Positions 26,701 through 38,700 of a stretch of DNA of 47,622 bases are shown one piece after another. The notes beneath the pieces were generated by a model. The model was given only the letters and a program-made list of their open reading frames with translations, was not told the origin of the DNA and did not search any database. The DNA comes from Tubiluchus corallicola (taxonomy: Eukaryota > Animalia > Priapulida). Position 1 is the stretch's first letter. Each line of letters opens with the position of its first letter. The stretch is taken from positions 1-47,622 of the forward strand of contig JAQGDQ010001318.1 in the NCBI GenBank assembly GCA_030141605.1, written 5' to 3'. The position numbers were made by a program, and so were the translations under genes.

Positions 26701-29700
26701 AGCTTGAAATGCGACAATTTAGGCTACTAGTAAGCAGAAAATCTTTTTGTGTTTACGATTTTATTAAGTTTATGTATAAACTTTCATATGTTTGTTTACT
26801 AATCACAACATTAAAATTACATGTGTTTGCTTCGTTTTACACAGTATTAAAACAATGGCTAAAAATTTTCTGAAGCAGTACCGCCACTAATTTCAGCTAC
26901 GAGCCACCAATGCTCAATGTAATAAGTTGTTCTGTAATATTACTCATTGTTTTTTGTAGCACCCTGTATATCACAAAATGCTGTAGCCTTTAACACTTTG
27001 ACTCACGGTGATGAATGCAATTCTTCTGGGTGACGAAAATAATCATTTTTCCACCGAATCTAAGAATAAAGTATTAAGGACAGTCGCTAATCTAAATCTA
27101 TCATAAACTAACCAGGTTAAAGTTTCTAAGAAGTCGACGCACATTGCCACGTTCTTTGCAAAAAAAAATTTTCAAATTACATAATCTATTACCAGTCACA
27201 TACACGTCGGCGCGTGCGCGCATGTGCGTGTGTGTGCATGTGCGTGTGTGTGAGTGTGCTCTCAAAGGCGTGTTCTAAGCGCTCCCATCTGGTAGAGTTA
27301 CTCGCTGTATAAGCATTTCAGTACTTATCAAGAACTAAAGGAAGCAAGCTCAGGTAATTTTGTCATGAAACTCCCAGGCCTGTGCCAGATGGCCTGTTTG
27401 GAGCAAAAAACACTGACACATAATCTGTTTAAATCTACATCGTAAAATCGCACACATACTGAACAACGCGATAAACTTTTAAATTGTGCAAAGAAAGCCG
27501 CACGAAACGATGTCGACTTGCTAAAGGAAGAAGCAGAACAAGCAAAGAAAAGAAAAAGAAAGACAGGTGCTCTACAAGTAGGTCTACGGGAGGGAGCCTC
27601 CTCTTACCTTGTGCTGCACGCCTCCAACCTGGCAGCAAATCCTCAGTTTCAGCTAAAGCGTAAAGCAAGCAATAAGGTAAGCAACATAAAATCCGTAAGC
27701 GTAACTCAGCAATGCACAGAAGGTAGGGGCGAGCATTTTGCGACAGATGGCGAATTCGAATCAAATCGATTTGTGATTTTGAAACTCGAATCGAACAGAA
27801 TTTCAGCATTTTCGAATTCGAATTCCATTTTATGGGGTTTCCCACAGAATTTTAAGATAAATTTCCATGACTGTTCCCTGACCAAATATTGATTTTCCAT
27901 GACCAAGAGAAGCAGAAATTGCATTACCAGTACACATATTCAAACATTTTTGTGTCAGGACATTCATTATGTGTCGGCCAATCATTATTTTAGGAACAGA
28001 AATCGAAAATGGAAGCCTGACATGGCAAAATTTTACTTGAACACGAATTACTGAAAAATACGCTTGGAAAAATATCCGTTCACGGTGATTATCTTTGTAA
28101 CACTTTTCAATTTTCCGGACTTTTCGCCCCATTTTCATCATTTTCCCTAAATTTTTCCTCTTTTCCCTGACTTTTTCATAACTATCCAAGATAGCCTGTA
28201 TTTTCAAGGATTTTTCAAGATTTTCCCCGACTGTAGGATCTCTGATTTTAAGGACTGTTCCAGTAAATTTTCGAATTGCTAATAAAAAGCGGTCTCACAA
28301 AGATCGTGCATACTGCCAGTTTTGCAATGCAGCAAAACCACTAATAATTTCTTTAAAAATTGCTCACAGTTAAATTGTGCTGAAGGCGTGATGCTTCAAA
28401 CATTTTAATGATAAAGAACGTATGTAGCTAAATTGCTGAATTATTCGAATTTATAATTTTAGCTTTGAATAGAATTTGACCTAAAAAACTCATATGAATC
28501 GAATTCGAACGGATGATGCTCGCCCCCTAATTAACGAGTGAAACAAGTGCAATAGGCCGGTGATGATACGTTAAGTTTATCTTGCACAGAAGCCATGGCA
28601 AAGATTCATTTTTACAGCCAAGGCAATGCAAGTGATTCGAAGCCATGCATATTACAATACAAACCTTTCTTTTCTGTTTTCGTTTCTATTTCAAATTTTC
28701 CAGAAAGCATTACTACCAGTTCACCTTTCTCGGAGAAAAGGATTTTATAAAAATTTGGGAACTCGAATTAGTTGGTATTTTTTCTGTCTGGAGTGAAGTT
28801 TACCATTCTTCACTAGAAAACAGGACATGTGTTCACCTTAAATGAAAGAACAAGTCACTCAGTATGCTGGGTTTATTTTACTGCTATCACTTAAACTGTT
28901 TGTGGTGTGCTAAATGAAAGGACAAGTCACTCAGCATGTTGGGTTTATTTTACTGTTATCACTTAAACTGTTTGTGGTGTGCTAAATGAAAGGACAAGTC
29001 ACTCAGCATGTTGGGTTTATTTTACTGTTATCACTTAAACTGTTTGTGGTGTGCTAAAGGAAAGAACAATTCACTCAGCATGTTGGGTTTATTTTACTGT
29101 TATCACTTAAACTGTTTGTGGTGTGCTAAATGAAAGGACAAGTCACTCAGCATGTTGGGTTTATTTTACTGTTATCACTTAAACTGTTTGTGGTGTGCTA
29201 AAGGAAAGAACAATTCACTCAGCATGTTGGGTTTATTTTACTGTTATCACTTAAACTGTTTGTGGTGTGCTAAATGAAAGGACAAGTCACTCAGCATGTT
29301 GGGTTTATTTTACTGGTATCACTTAAACTTTTTGTGGTGTGCTAAAGGAAAGGACAAGTCACTCAGTATGTTGGGTTTATTTTACTGTTATCACTTAAAC
29401 TTTTTGTGGTGTGCTAAATGCACCATTTTCCTTCAGGTGATGAACAATGTCATTGGTGACAGAATGGGCGATAAAAACGGGAGCACTCAAGCGTAAAATG
29501 ACCGGGACTTTAAAGTAATTTCACTAATGACATGAGGCGCTTATTGCAGTCTTATTACAAAATCCTAAAGTTTTCTGCAAACAATGAAATAAGTCTAACT
29601 TCCCGGGAGGCTTAACTTTTCCTTTAATTTATATGAAATAGTCAGGAGTTGACCTTTCATTTAATTTATATGAAATAGTCAGGAGTTGGCTTCATTTAAT

Positions 29701-32700
29701 TTATATGAAATAGTCGGGAATAATGCCTATTTATAGTAACCATAACTTATAATGTCTTCAAGTGAGAAAAAAATAAACAGCTCCACATTCAACTGCATGC
29801 ACGCTCGGGGTGGAAAATGTTTAAATGGAAAATCGATAAAAACCTAAAATGTGGTCAGCGAGTTCCATAAATTTTTTTTTAAATAAACATAAACGATAAC
29901 AGAAAACAAAGGCAGTGCAAACGGCAGTTAGTTTGCGATGTTTGCATTGAACCAGTGCGAAAATTTTACGCACAAATCTTGAAATCTCATGAACGCATGT
30001 CAAAGGACAGATGCAGTAAACAAAGTTCGTATATGGACAGTGACAGCATTGCTTATTTAACCACTAAAAAACAAAACGTTTTCATTTGTGCTTCCTGGGC
30101 CATTGCATTTGAGCCCCAGTAGCAGACAAAATCACAAGACAGGCACAGCTCAACATTTTTAAAGGGATTTCTATCCGACATTGAACACCAGGTACCACTA
30201 GAGCAAAGTGTGCAGGTCAAAGACCAACTAATTTTGCCTTGCCGTCTGCTTAACCCTAGGTCCCGGGTTCCCACAGAATTCTAAAACAAATTTCCCTGAT
30301 TTTTCCCAAACCAAATATTGATTTTCCACGACCAAGATAAGCAAAAATTGCATTACCAGTACACATATTCATACATTTTTGTGTATGGACATTATTCATA
30401 CATATACTGATACATAATGTGTTGGCCCATCATTATCTTTGGAACAGAAATCGAAACTGGGAGCCTGTAATATCAAAATTTTATTTGAACGCGAAACGCG
30501 CAAAAATATGTTTGGAAAAATATCAGTTCACGGTGATTATTTTTGCAACCCTTTCCAATTTCCCTGACTTTTTGCCCCATTTTCATCATTGTCCTATCTT
30601 TTTGCAAAATCATCTTTTTTCCCTGACTTTTCCATGACTTTCCAGGATAGTGTGTATTTTCAAAGATTTTCCAGGCTTCTCCCTGACCAGGAGAACCCTG
30701 ACAGGTAAAATGTTAACGACGCCCACCTTCCGCGTGATTGTAGTTTTGATCGTCCAGAGGTATGCCTACGTGCATCATCACGTTGACGGCATCCGATATG
30801 TCCAGATGAAGATTAGTGGTGCCCTCGCTGGGAAACATGGCCGAACCTGAAGATAGAAAAAATGAAATTAGGATTAAAGGAAAGCAGGACGATTGTTTAG
30901 ACTCAATCTCATTTTAACTTACTGTCCAAAATATACATTTTCTTGCCTATAAAAGTTAGCAATTGTTTCTTATATTTGAATAATTAGGTTAGAAAGTTAA
31001 TTAATGGCAACCGAACACAGCTATTGCTTACGTCAGAAACTAACAACAGTTTGTGCAATGGCAGGCGTCTTCCCTTGCGCTTCAAGCAAGTTTGCATAGA
31101 TGTTACAGTACTTTTTAATTGCATGTTACGAAAAATGGGCTTTACATCATATGACGTCTGAAACTAACACTGCAGTTCATGATCATTCTTATCACGGTAC
31201 CGCCTTCTATTTGACGGCCATGCGCATGTGACAAAAAGGTGCCGCTGCCAATCTTAGTAGATTCACTGAACCACGCGTAGCTTTGAAAGTTAAACAAAAT
31301 TTCTGTATCTGAAGTAGTTATTATTTAATCTAAGCTTTGATTTAAAAAAAGCTATTGTTGTTTTCAATATTTTAGAGCATTCTTTATTCTGAACTCGTGT
31401 TTACACAATCATTCTTTATGATATACATATTCATGTTGAGGGCACTCAATGCAAACCATAATAATACAGCATGAATTAATGTCAAGATGTGAACATTCTC
31501 TGATGTGAAGTATCACAGTATGAGTGTGCATTCATATTCGTATTGTAGACGACTCTTTAGCGTCATCTCCCAAAAACATATCGTAAGTATAAGTCGAGCC
31601 CAAAAATTTCACCTTAAAATCGCCTCCCAAAAATTTGACATGTACATAATTATATACGGTACATAACGAATTTATTAGAACTGAGTAATTAGCTTATAGA
31701 TTATTTAAACATACCATACGCATTTAATTAGCTTGTAATTATTAAACATACCATAAGCATTGTACATCTTTGGACCGAGATCTGGCCTGACAAAAAACTC
31801 AGGTAACCGGGCGGCAAGGTTGAAGCAGCCGTCACGACGCGTGTACTCTGGGATCGGAATTGTATCCATCAGGTTCTTAAATCTATCAAACATATCATAA
31901 TTTTTTTACATAATTACTCAGGTAATTACTGTCAAATATAATCACTCTTAAAAAACTATAATAATATATAATATAGTCTATAATATAATATATTATAGAG
32001 GTCTATAATATAGGCAGTGAATTGTGAGTAATTTTTAACTGAGGTCTAAAATTGTGTATCCTTCTCCTTTAAATTCAAGCAGGCAAAACAAAAGAACACA
32101 CTCACCTGTCCGGCATGAGCATGCTGAAGTCGTCCCCTGGTGGCCAATCTTTGAGTTTCAGCAGCATGGGTTCACCAAGTTCATCCAGCATCCGTTCTAG
32201 GAATGAAATCAGAATTTTAGGATGACTGTGACAAAACTTAAACCAATTTTCACTATTTACAGCAGCTGCAAGAAAAGTTGTCAAGCCATTCACACGTACA
32301 ACAAGCTGCAAGAGAAGTTGTCAAACCATTCACATGTACAACAAGCTGCAAGAGAAGTTGTCAAGCCATTCACATGTACAACAAGCTGCAAGAGAAGTTG
32401 TCAAGCCATTCACATGTACAACAAGCTGCAAGAGAAGTTGTCAAGCCATACAACAAGCTGCAAGAGAAGTTGTCAAGCCATTCACGTGTGCAACAAGCTG
32501 CAAGAGAAGTTGTCAAGCCATTCACATGTACAACAAGCTGCAAGAGAAGTTGTCAAGCCATTCACATGTACAACAAGCTGCAAGAGAAGTTGTCAAGCCA
32601 TTCGCATGTGTAACACGCTGCAAGAGAAGTTGTCAAACCATTCACATGTGCAACAAGCTGCAAGAGAAGTTGTCAAGCCATTCACGTGTGCAACAAGCTG

Positions 32701-35700
32701 CGAAAGAAGTTGTCAAGCCATTCACGTGTGCAACAAGCTGCAAGATAAGTTGCCAAACCATTCACATGTTGCACACTTTACTCTCAGAGAGAAGTTGTGC
32801 AACAAGCTGCAAGATAAGTTGCCAAACCATTCACATGTTGCACACTTCACTCTCAGAGAGAAGTTGTGCAACAAGCTACGAGAGAAGTGTATAATCAGGT
32901 AAAATCTCTTTGCTTTTAGATGCATTGAAAATGAACAGTAACTGTTCGAAATCAAGCAGCATAAAATTCTATTTTGAAGAAAACAAGACATGCATTATTT
33001 GCACCAGCAAAGTAAAAAACTGAAGACGAAGAAGACAACCACTTTGTAACAAAACCAGAAAGTATAAAAAATAAAAGCGGATTACTAATGAAAAGTTTGC
33101 ATTACCAGACATTTTCTCAAATCCGTTCCAGAATTTAGCCATGGGCATGTTCGGTATCGTCGTGCCCGTCTTGCAATTGATCAAGTCGTTCATTTGCTTT
33201 CCGAAGTCTCGCGTGAAACTCTCGGGCAGCCATAATTGCGGATCCAGCAGCTTGTGAACGCCCGATACGATGACAGGCTGAAAGACAGGAAACAAGGTCG
33301 CAATAAGATGCGAATGCTTTCGATCAGTTTTGCTTAAGAAGCTTGTGAGTTTAGCTGCAGTATGTCAAATCACTTAGTTAAGGGATGGTGTTAAGTTAAA
33401 CTCACAATACGTGCACAATAAGCCTGTTCACAGTTTCGTTGTGCAGTTGCTGTAGGTCAAAGGTTAAGTCACAATACGTGCACAATAAGCCTGTTCACAG
33501 TTTCGTTGTGCAGTTGTTGTAGGTCAAAGGTAAGGTGTACCACAGCAATGCGTCTCAACTACAACCGTCGCATGGCATGTGTATAAGGCAAAGCCGATTG
33601 CCGCATCAGTTCGGGAACTTGCTTAATTATCATTAGTTTCTACGTAGAGTGATTTACTAGCAGGATCTTGCTTGGAAACAAGAAAAAAATGAACTAGGTA
33701 ATGTTCTGGCTAGCTGTCAAAACTGTTATTATTACAATAGCTTGGGCTGCTAGGCATTGTTAAGTGTAGAGTGATTTACTAGCAGGATCTTGCTTGGAAA
33801 CAAGAAAAAAAATGAACTAGGTAATGTTCTGGCCAGCTGCTAAAACTGTTACTAATATAATAGCTTGGGCTACTAGGCATTGTTAAGTGTAGAGTGATTT
33901 ACTAGCAGGATCTTGCTTGCGAACAAGAAAAAAATGAACTAGGCAAGGTTCTAGCTAGCTGCTGAAACTGTTACTATCACGGCAGCAGTAACCACATATC
34001 CATAATAGAGACAGTCGAGATTGAATTACCAGAATGTCTTCATCTATGTCCTAGGGTCTGATTACCAAATACAAAATAGTAAACGACAGAAAGTTTTTAC
34101 CTGTCCTCGCTTCCACTGATCACGAAACAGCGACACATTTTTCGGGTGTCGTGGCTCGTGCAGGTGTAGTAGCCGTCCTCCGCACAGCCACGAATGAGGC
34201 ACCTCCGGATACAGGACTTTCATCATGGTGACAGTCGACGCCCTGCCCGCCTGCGACTGGAAACATTCAAAAGTTTCAAATTAGAAGAGAAAACGTGATG
34301 CGTGATGTTGACAATTCGATGAATTGATGACTACTGTAACCGTGAAACTACACTCGTATCTCGGACCTCACATCACATGGGGCGGGACATACACATGGTG
34401 AATAATTACATCGGTCAAAGGCACTGGCATCAGTCAGTTTTTTTATTAATATTGAATAACTACAACAGTCATATAACGTTGAAAACACAGAAGTTAAGCA
34501 ATGTAGAGCCTGGTTAGTACTTGGATGGGTGACCGCCTAGGAATACCAGGTGCTGTAGGCCTGCGGGATGCCCACGCTGTATTTCGACACTAGGCGGAGG
34601 AGCTGCACAAGCAGCCAACGGCAAGAGGGCGGAGGAGGTCAAGTGACCTAACGGCCATGTGTAGAGGAGTAAACCTTCCAAATCAGTAGTGGAGCCCCAA
34701 AGGCGGAGCAGTGCAGCATGCTCACTGACTCCGGCAGCTCCTGCAGCCAACCTGGTGCCAAACGTATCGCTCCGCTTTCCTTTGGACTACACCAGGGAGG
34801 AAGAAGAGGGTAGGGGGTTCCTGTTGTTTGGGCAACTCAGGATCTCCATACACCTTGCCCAGGCGTGCACCCTGGAGACGTTCAAGGATCGGACTGCTCA
34901 GCCACAGTCGACGCTGCAGCTCCATCAATGTGATCAATAACTGACTCTTTTGGCGCACACTCCATTGCCTTCCGAGACAGAAGGATGCCAGCAGCAACAA
35001 AGGGTCAAAGACAATGGCCATAAGTCAGTTTTTTTATTAATATTGAATAACTCCAAAACTACAGTACTTATTTAATGCATAATAGTCATTAAGAAATATT
35101 AAAAACCTTTACAAGAACTTATAAAATATGAAACCAGGATAAAATGTTTATTCAGCACAGAATAAAAGATAAATGATTATTGATATTTACATCTTTTAAG
35201 CATTTTTTAAGTTTCAGTACCGTGAAACTTGCATGTAAGACACCGAGGTTAGGCACTCGGATTATGTGAAAATTAGGGGCAAATGACTCAGTTACACATT
35301 AGCATAAGTTTTTCATATGAATAATGGAACCAGGCAGAGTCAATTGATTAACACGCTCATGCTCACAGATTTCGAAAAAAATCTGGTCAGTTAAAAGGTA
35401 AGCTGGATAAATACATTGGAAAAAAATGCTACTGAAAGTTTCGGTTACGATTTCGAAGAAAACGAGGTTCAACCCTGAAAAATTTTCTCAACGAATTTAC
35501 GCGATTTACAAAAATGGCACTGGTCTTCCAAAAATTCGGAATTCCACGTATCCGCGGAAAATTCTCATCCCTGGAAGACAAAAGCCAAAAATGTAAACCA
35601 AATGATTCATACCAACGGTGTTGGTGGCTGCACAAGTGGAGTTTCTGCCGGCTTAGGAGCGGACAGGTGTTGTCCAATCACCCTAGAGAGGACCGCTTCC

Positions 35701-38700
35701 AAATCAAACCCTCCTGCAGAACCCTTCTCTTTGGTAGACATACCTGAACCTGAAAATTAACATCAAAATACTTTAAAATATTTGAAAGCAAACAAATTTT
35801 TTTCCTTTCCAATGTTTCAATTTCAAAGAGACAGTTTATAGTTAGTGAAATGTTATAAGTTATAAGTTTGTTTATTTCCACTCTGCATCTAACAGTTATA
35901 ATAAAAATACAGATAATTTCACTGAAGTAAATATAAATATAAATGCAATATAATGTAGAAATTGTAAGATTCTTATGCAGAATATACATGTGCAAAGTAC
36001 ATTACAGAATAATTTTGATGCATACAGTTTGAGCCTAAAAGCATAGCTTGACAGGCCAAACTGTACGTGGAAATCTTAAAGAAATGATTAATAATTGAAA
36101 TAATGATAATATATACATAAAAGTGGGGGGGGGGGTAGTGAATGAAAGATGAAATGGAGCAAGAACTAAGAAAAACTGTGATCATGATTACAAAGTGTTC
36201 AGTAACCTGTTAAACAGACTCACGTTTGATTAAGATTACTGTGGAAAAAGAATGCAGGTGATTATACCATTATCAAACTGTGTTACTCTCAATGCTTTTG
36301 AAATATTTCTTTTCTGACGGTTTTGTTAAAAGTTGAAAGAGAGTGACTATGTTTTGAATTGCGGCTTAGTCAATTCCATAGGACTAGTGAAATACAGGAT
36401 GCTTCAAGTTCCTCGTTAACAGCAATTACAACAGGAAGCCTAACGATAATTTGGTTGCTGGACGTACAGACTACGATTCAAGAGAATTTTAGTGGCGTTA
36501 AACTTGGCTTCATTAGACGACTGCAGTGATTTTAATCTACACCCTGCATATCAGTACTTTACGGCCGTGTTCTAGAGTCGGCGTCGTAGCAGAACGCAGG
36601 CTTACAAGTTTTTTTAGGTCAGCGCCAGTGATATCATCATTATCATAATTAGCTGTAATTATCACTGAGTCGTTTTACTCAAAGTCCTTTTACACAAGTT
36701 TAATAACAGTGAAAGATGAAGTACATTGTTAAACAGCAACAAGCTGAACGAATCAGTGAAGTCGTAAGCGACCAAGACGTCGAGAAACAGACGTGAAATT
36801 ACAGGCAAGACGTTAGAGAAGCGAACAAACCGAAATGGGCGGCAATTTGTAACAAATTCGAATCTGTCTGTGTTGGCTTCACTGGTTCCGCTTTGACAGC
36901 GGCTTCTTTTCCCGATGTCGTCGCAGCACCGGCTAAATGATTGTTGCTCTTGGGAAATGCATCCTGAAAAAACAACATCCAGGGCTTATTAAGTAAGCGA
37001 ATAAAGGGCCTTAGGAGAAATCCACAAGTCGAAGACGCAGTGGGCCTGTAACTTACTGTACAGAGGCCCTAATGGCTTTAAATATACAGTAAACTGTGTA
37101 TAATTCAAACACCTGGCATTAAGCAAGTTTGGCATCACAACCAGGTGAATTACTAAATGAATTTAATTCTTAAATACATGACTCTGCAAATGTAAAAATT
37201 TTGTTTTGTCATCAAAAATTAAGCATTAAGAGAAGCGTTTGCCATTAAGAGAGTCATTTGCATTAACCGAGGCATTGATATTAATCAAGGCAATTGGCAT
37301 TAAGCGAGGCATTTGACACTAAGAGAGGCATTTGGCATTAATAGAGGCACCTGCCATTAAGAGAGGCATTTGGCATTAAGTGAGGCATGTGGCACTAAGC
37401 GAGGCATTTGCACCAACGCAACAAAAAACTCAGCTATTTCAACTACAAAACAAATGAACACTATTAATATTAATACTATTATTACTGTTATTATTATAGT
37501 AAACTCTGTATAACTCTCGGGACAGGAAAATTTGTTCGAGTTATGTAAGGGTACAAGTTAGACAATGTTCGTAAGAAAACAACGCTGACTCGTTCACCAA
37601 CGTTGGAAAATACACTGGTAACACTACAGCCTGTGAAATGACAAACTGAACCTGTCATGAAATATCAAACAACAATTTTTCTGAATAATGAAAAACAAAA
37701 TGACTGGTCCAAGTCTATTGTACTCTGACTTAATAGAATTTGGCAATAATAATATTAAGATCTAGCTATGAAACCACGTTCATGAAGCTATTCTGTGTGC
37801 AGCGTTCTGCTAAGGTAATACAAGAAATCTTGGCATTTTTGCTGAAACTAGCAGTTAGAATCGTAATGTGGTGCACACTTTCGCACATGATTTCTCACTT
37901 AGGGTGTTATAGGCAGGGATAATTTCGGTTAGATTATTATTAATTGTACCGGGAATACGGATGAGTTACGCGATAATTCGAGTTACCGATTTCGAGTACG
38001 TGACGTTTGGTAAAGAGAAACACGAAAGGGAAAATATGCTCCACGAGATCTGCTCGAGATAAGCAAGAATTCGAGTTATAACGGGTCGCATTAGTTTTCT
38101 GTAGTAATATAATGAAATATTTGAAAAAAGGTTACACTCTGGCACACCAAGAGACAAATTTGTTTCAATGAGCCTCCAAATACCAGTGGGCCCTAGGCCC
38201 ATGGTCTACATGGGCTATGGGTAAAGCCGGTCCCAAGTGAATACACACACACCTTCAAAATTCAAAATAGCAAGATTGACTAATTGTTAAGCTAAACAAA
38301 GTTTCTGTACATTTTGTTGACCATTAAAAGCCAACAGTTGATCAGCAACACAAAAGAACAGTACCTTCCCGTTCGGTCCCTGTGGATGTGCTCGTCCCAA
38401 CTTGTTGGCCGACCGCTTGATGCTGCAAGGACAATCTTCCGGAATGTTCCACTTCTGACGGGCTCTGTGAACCATTTTCCTCACTTCCCATAGCGCTGAA
38501 GAGCGAAAATATGCAAGTTTCAATACAGTTATTAAATGAATTGAGGCACAAAAGCTGCAAAACTTTTGTCCGAATGACTACCAGTTCGATTGCATGGCTG
38601 CACATATTGAAATGCAAATCACTGTTCATTACTAGATGTAAATTTTTACAGTTAAGAATAGGTTAGAAAATGTTGTTTATGATCAGCTTAATGTTGCAGA

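Noticed and set aside
32222-32902. Cys/His-rich repeat ORFs resembling zinc fingers
   Set aside because: 40-bp satellite cycling through frames inside a KDM3 intron.
34462-34560. Functional 5S rRNA gene
   Set aside because: Internal deletion, substitutions, no terminator, single copy fused to a retro-element body.
34560-34680. HDV-like ribozyme in the SINE body (GCTGC-ACAA-GCAGC hairpin, TCCTCC motifs on the minus strand)
   Set aside because: I could not assemble the nested double pseudoknot by eye; a covariance-model search is needed.
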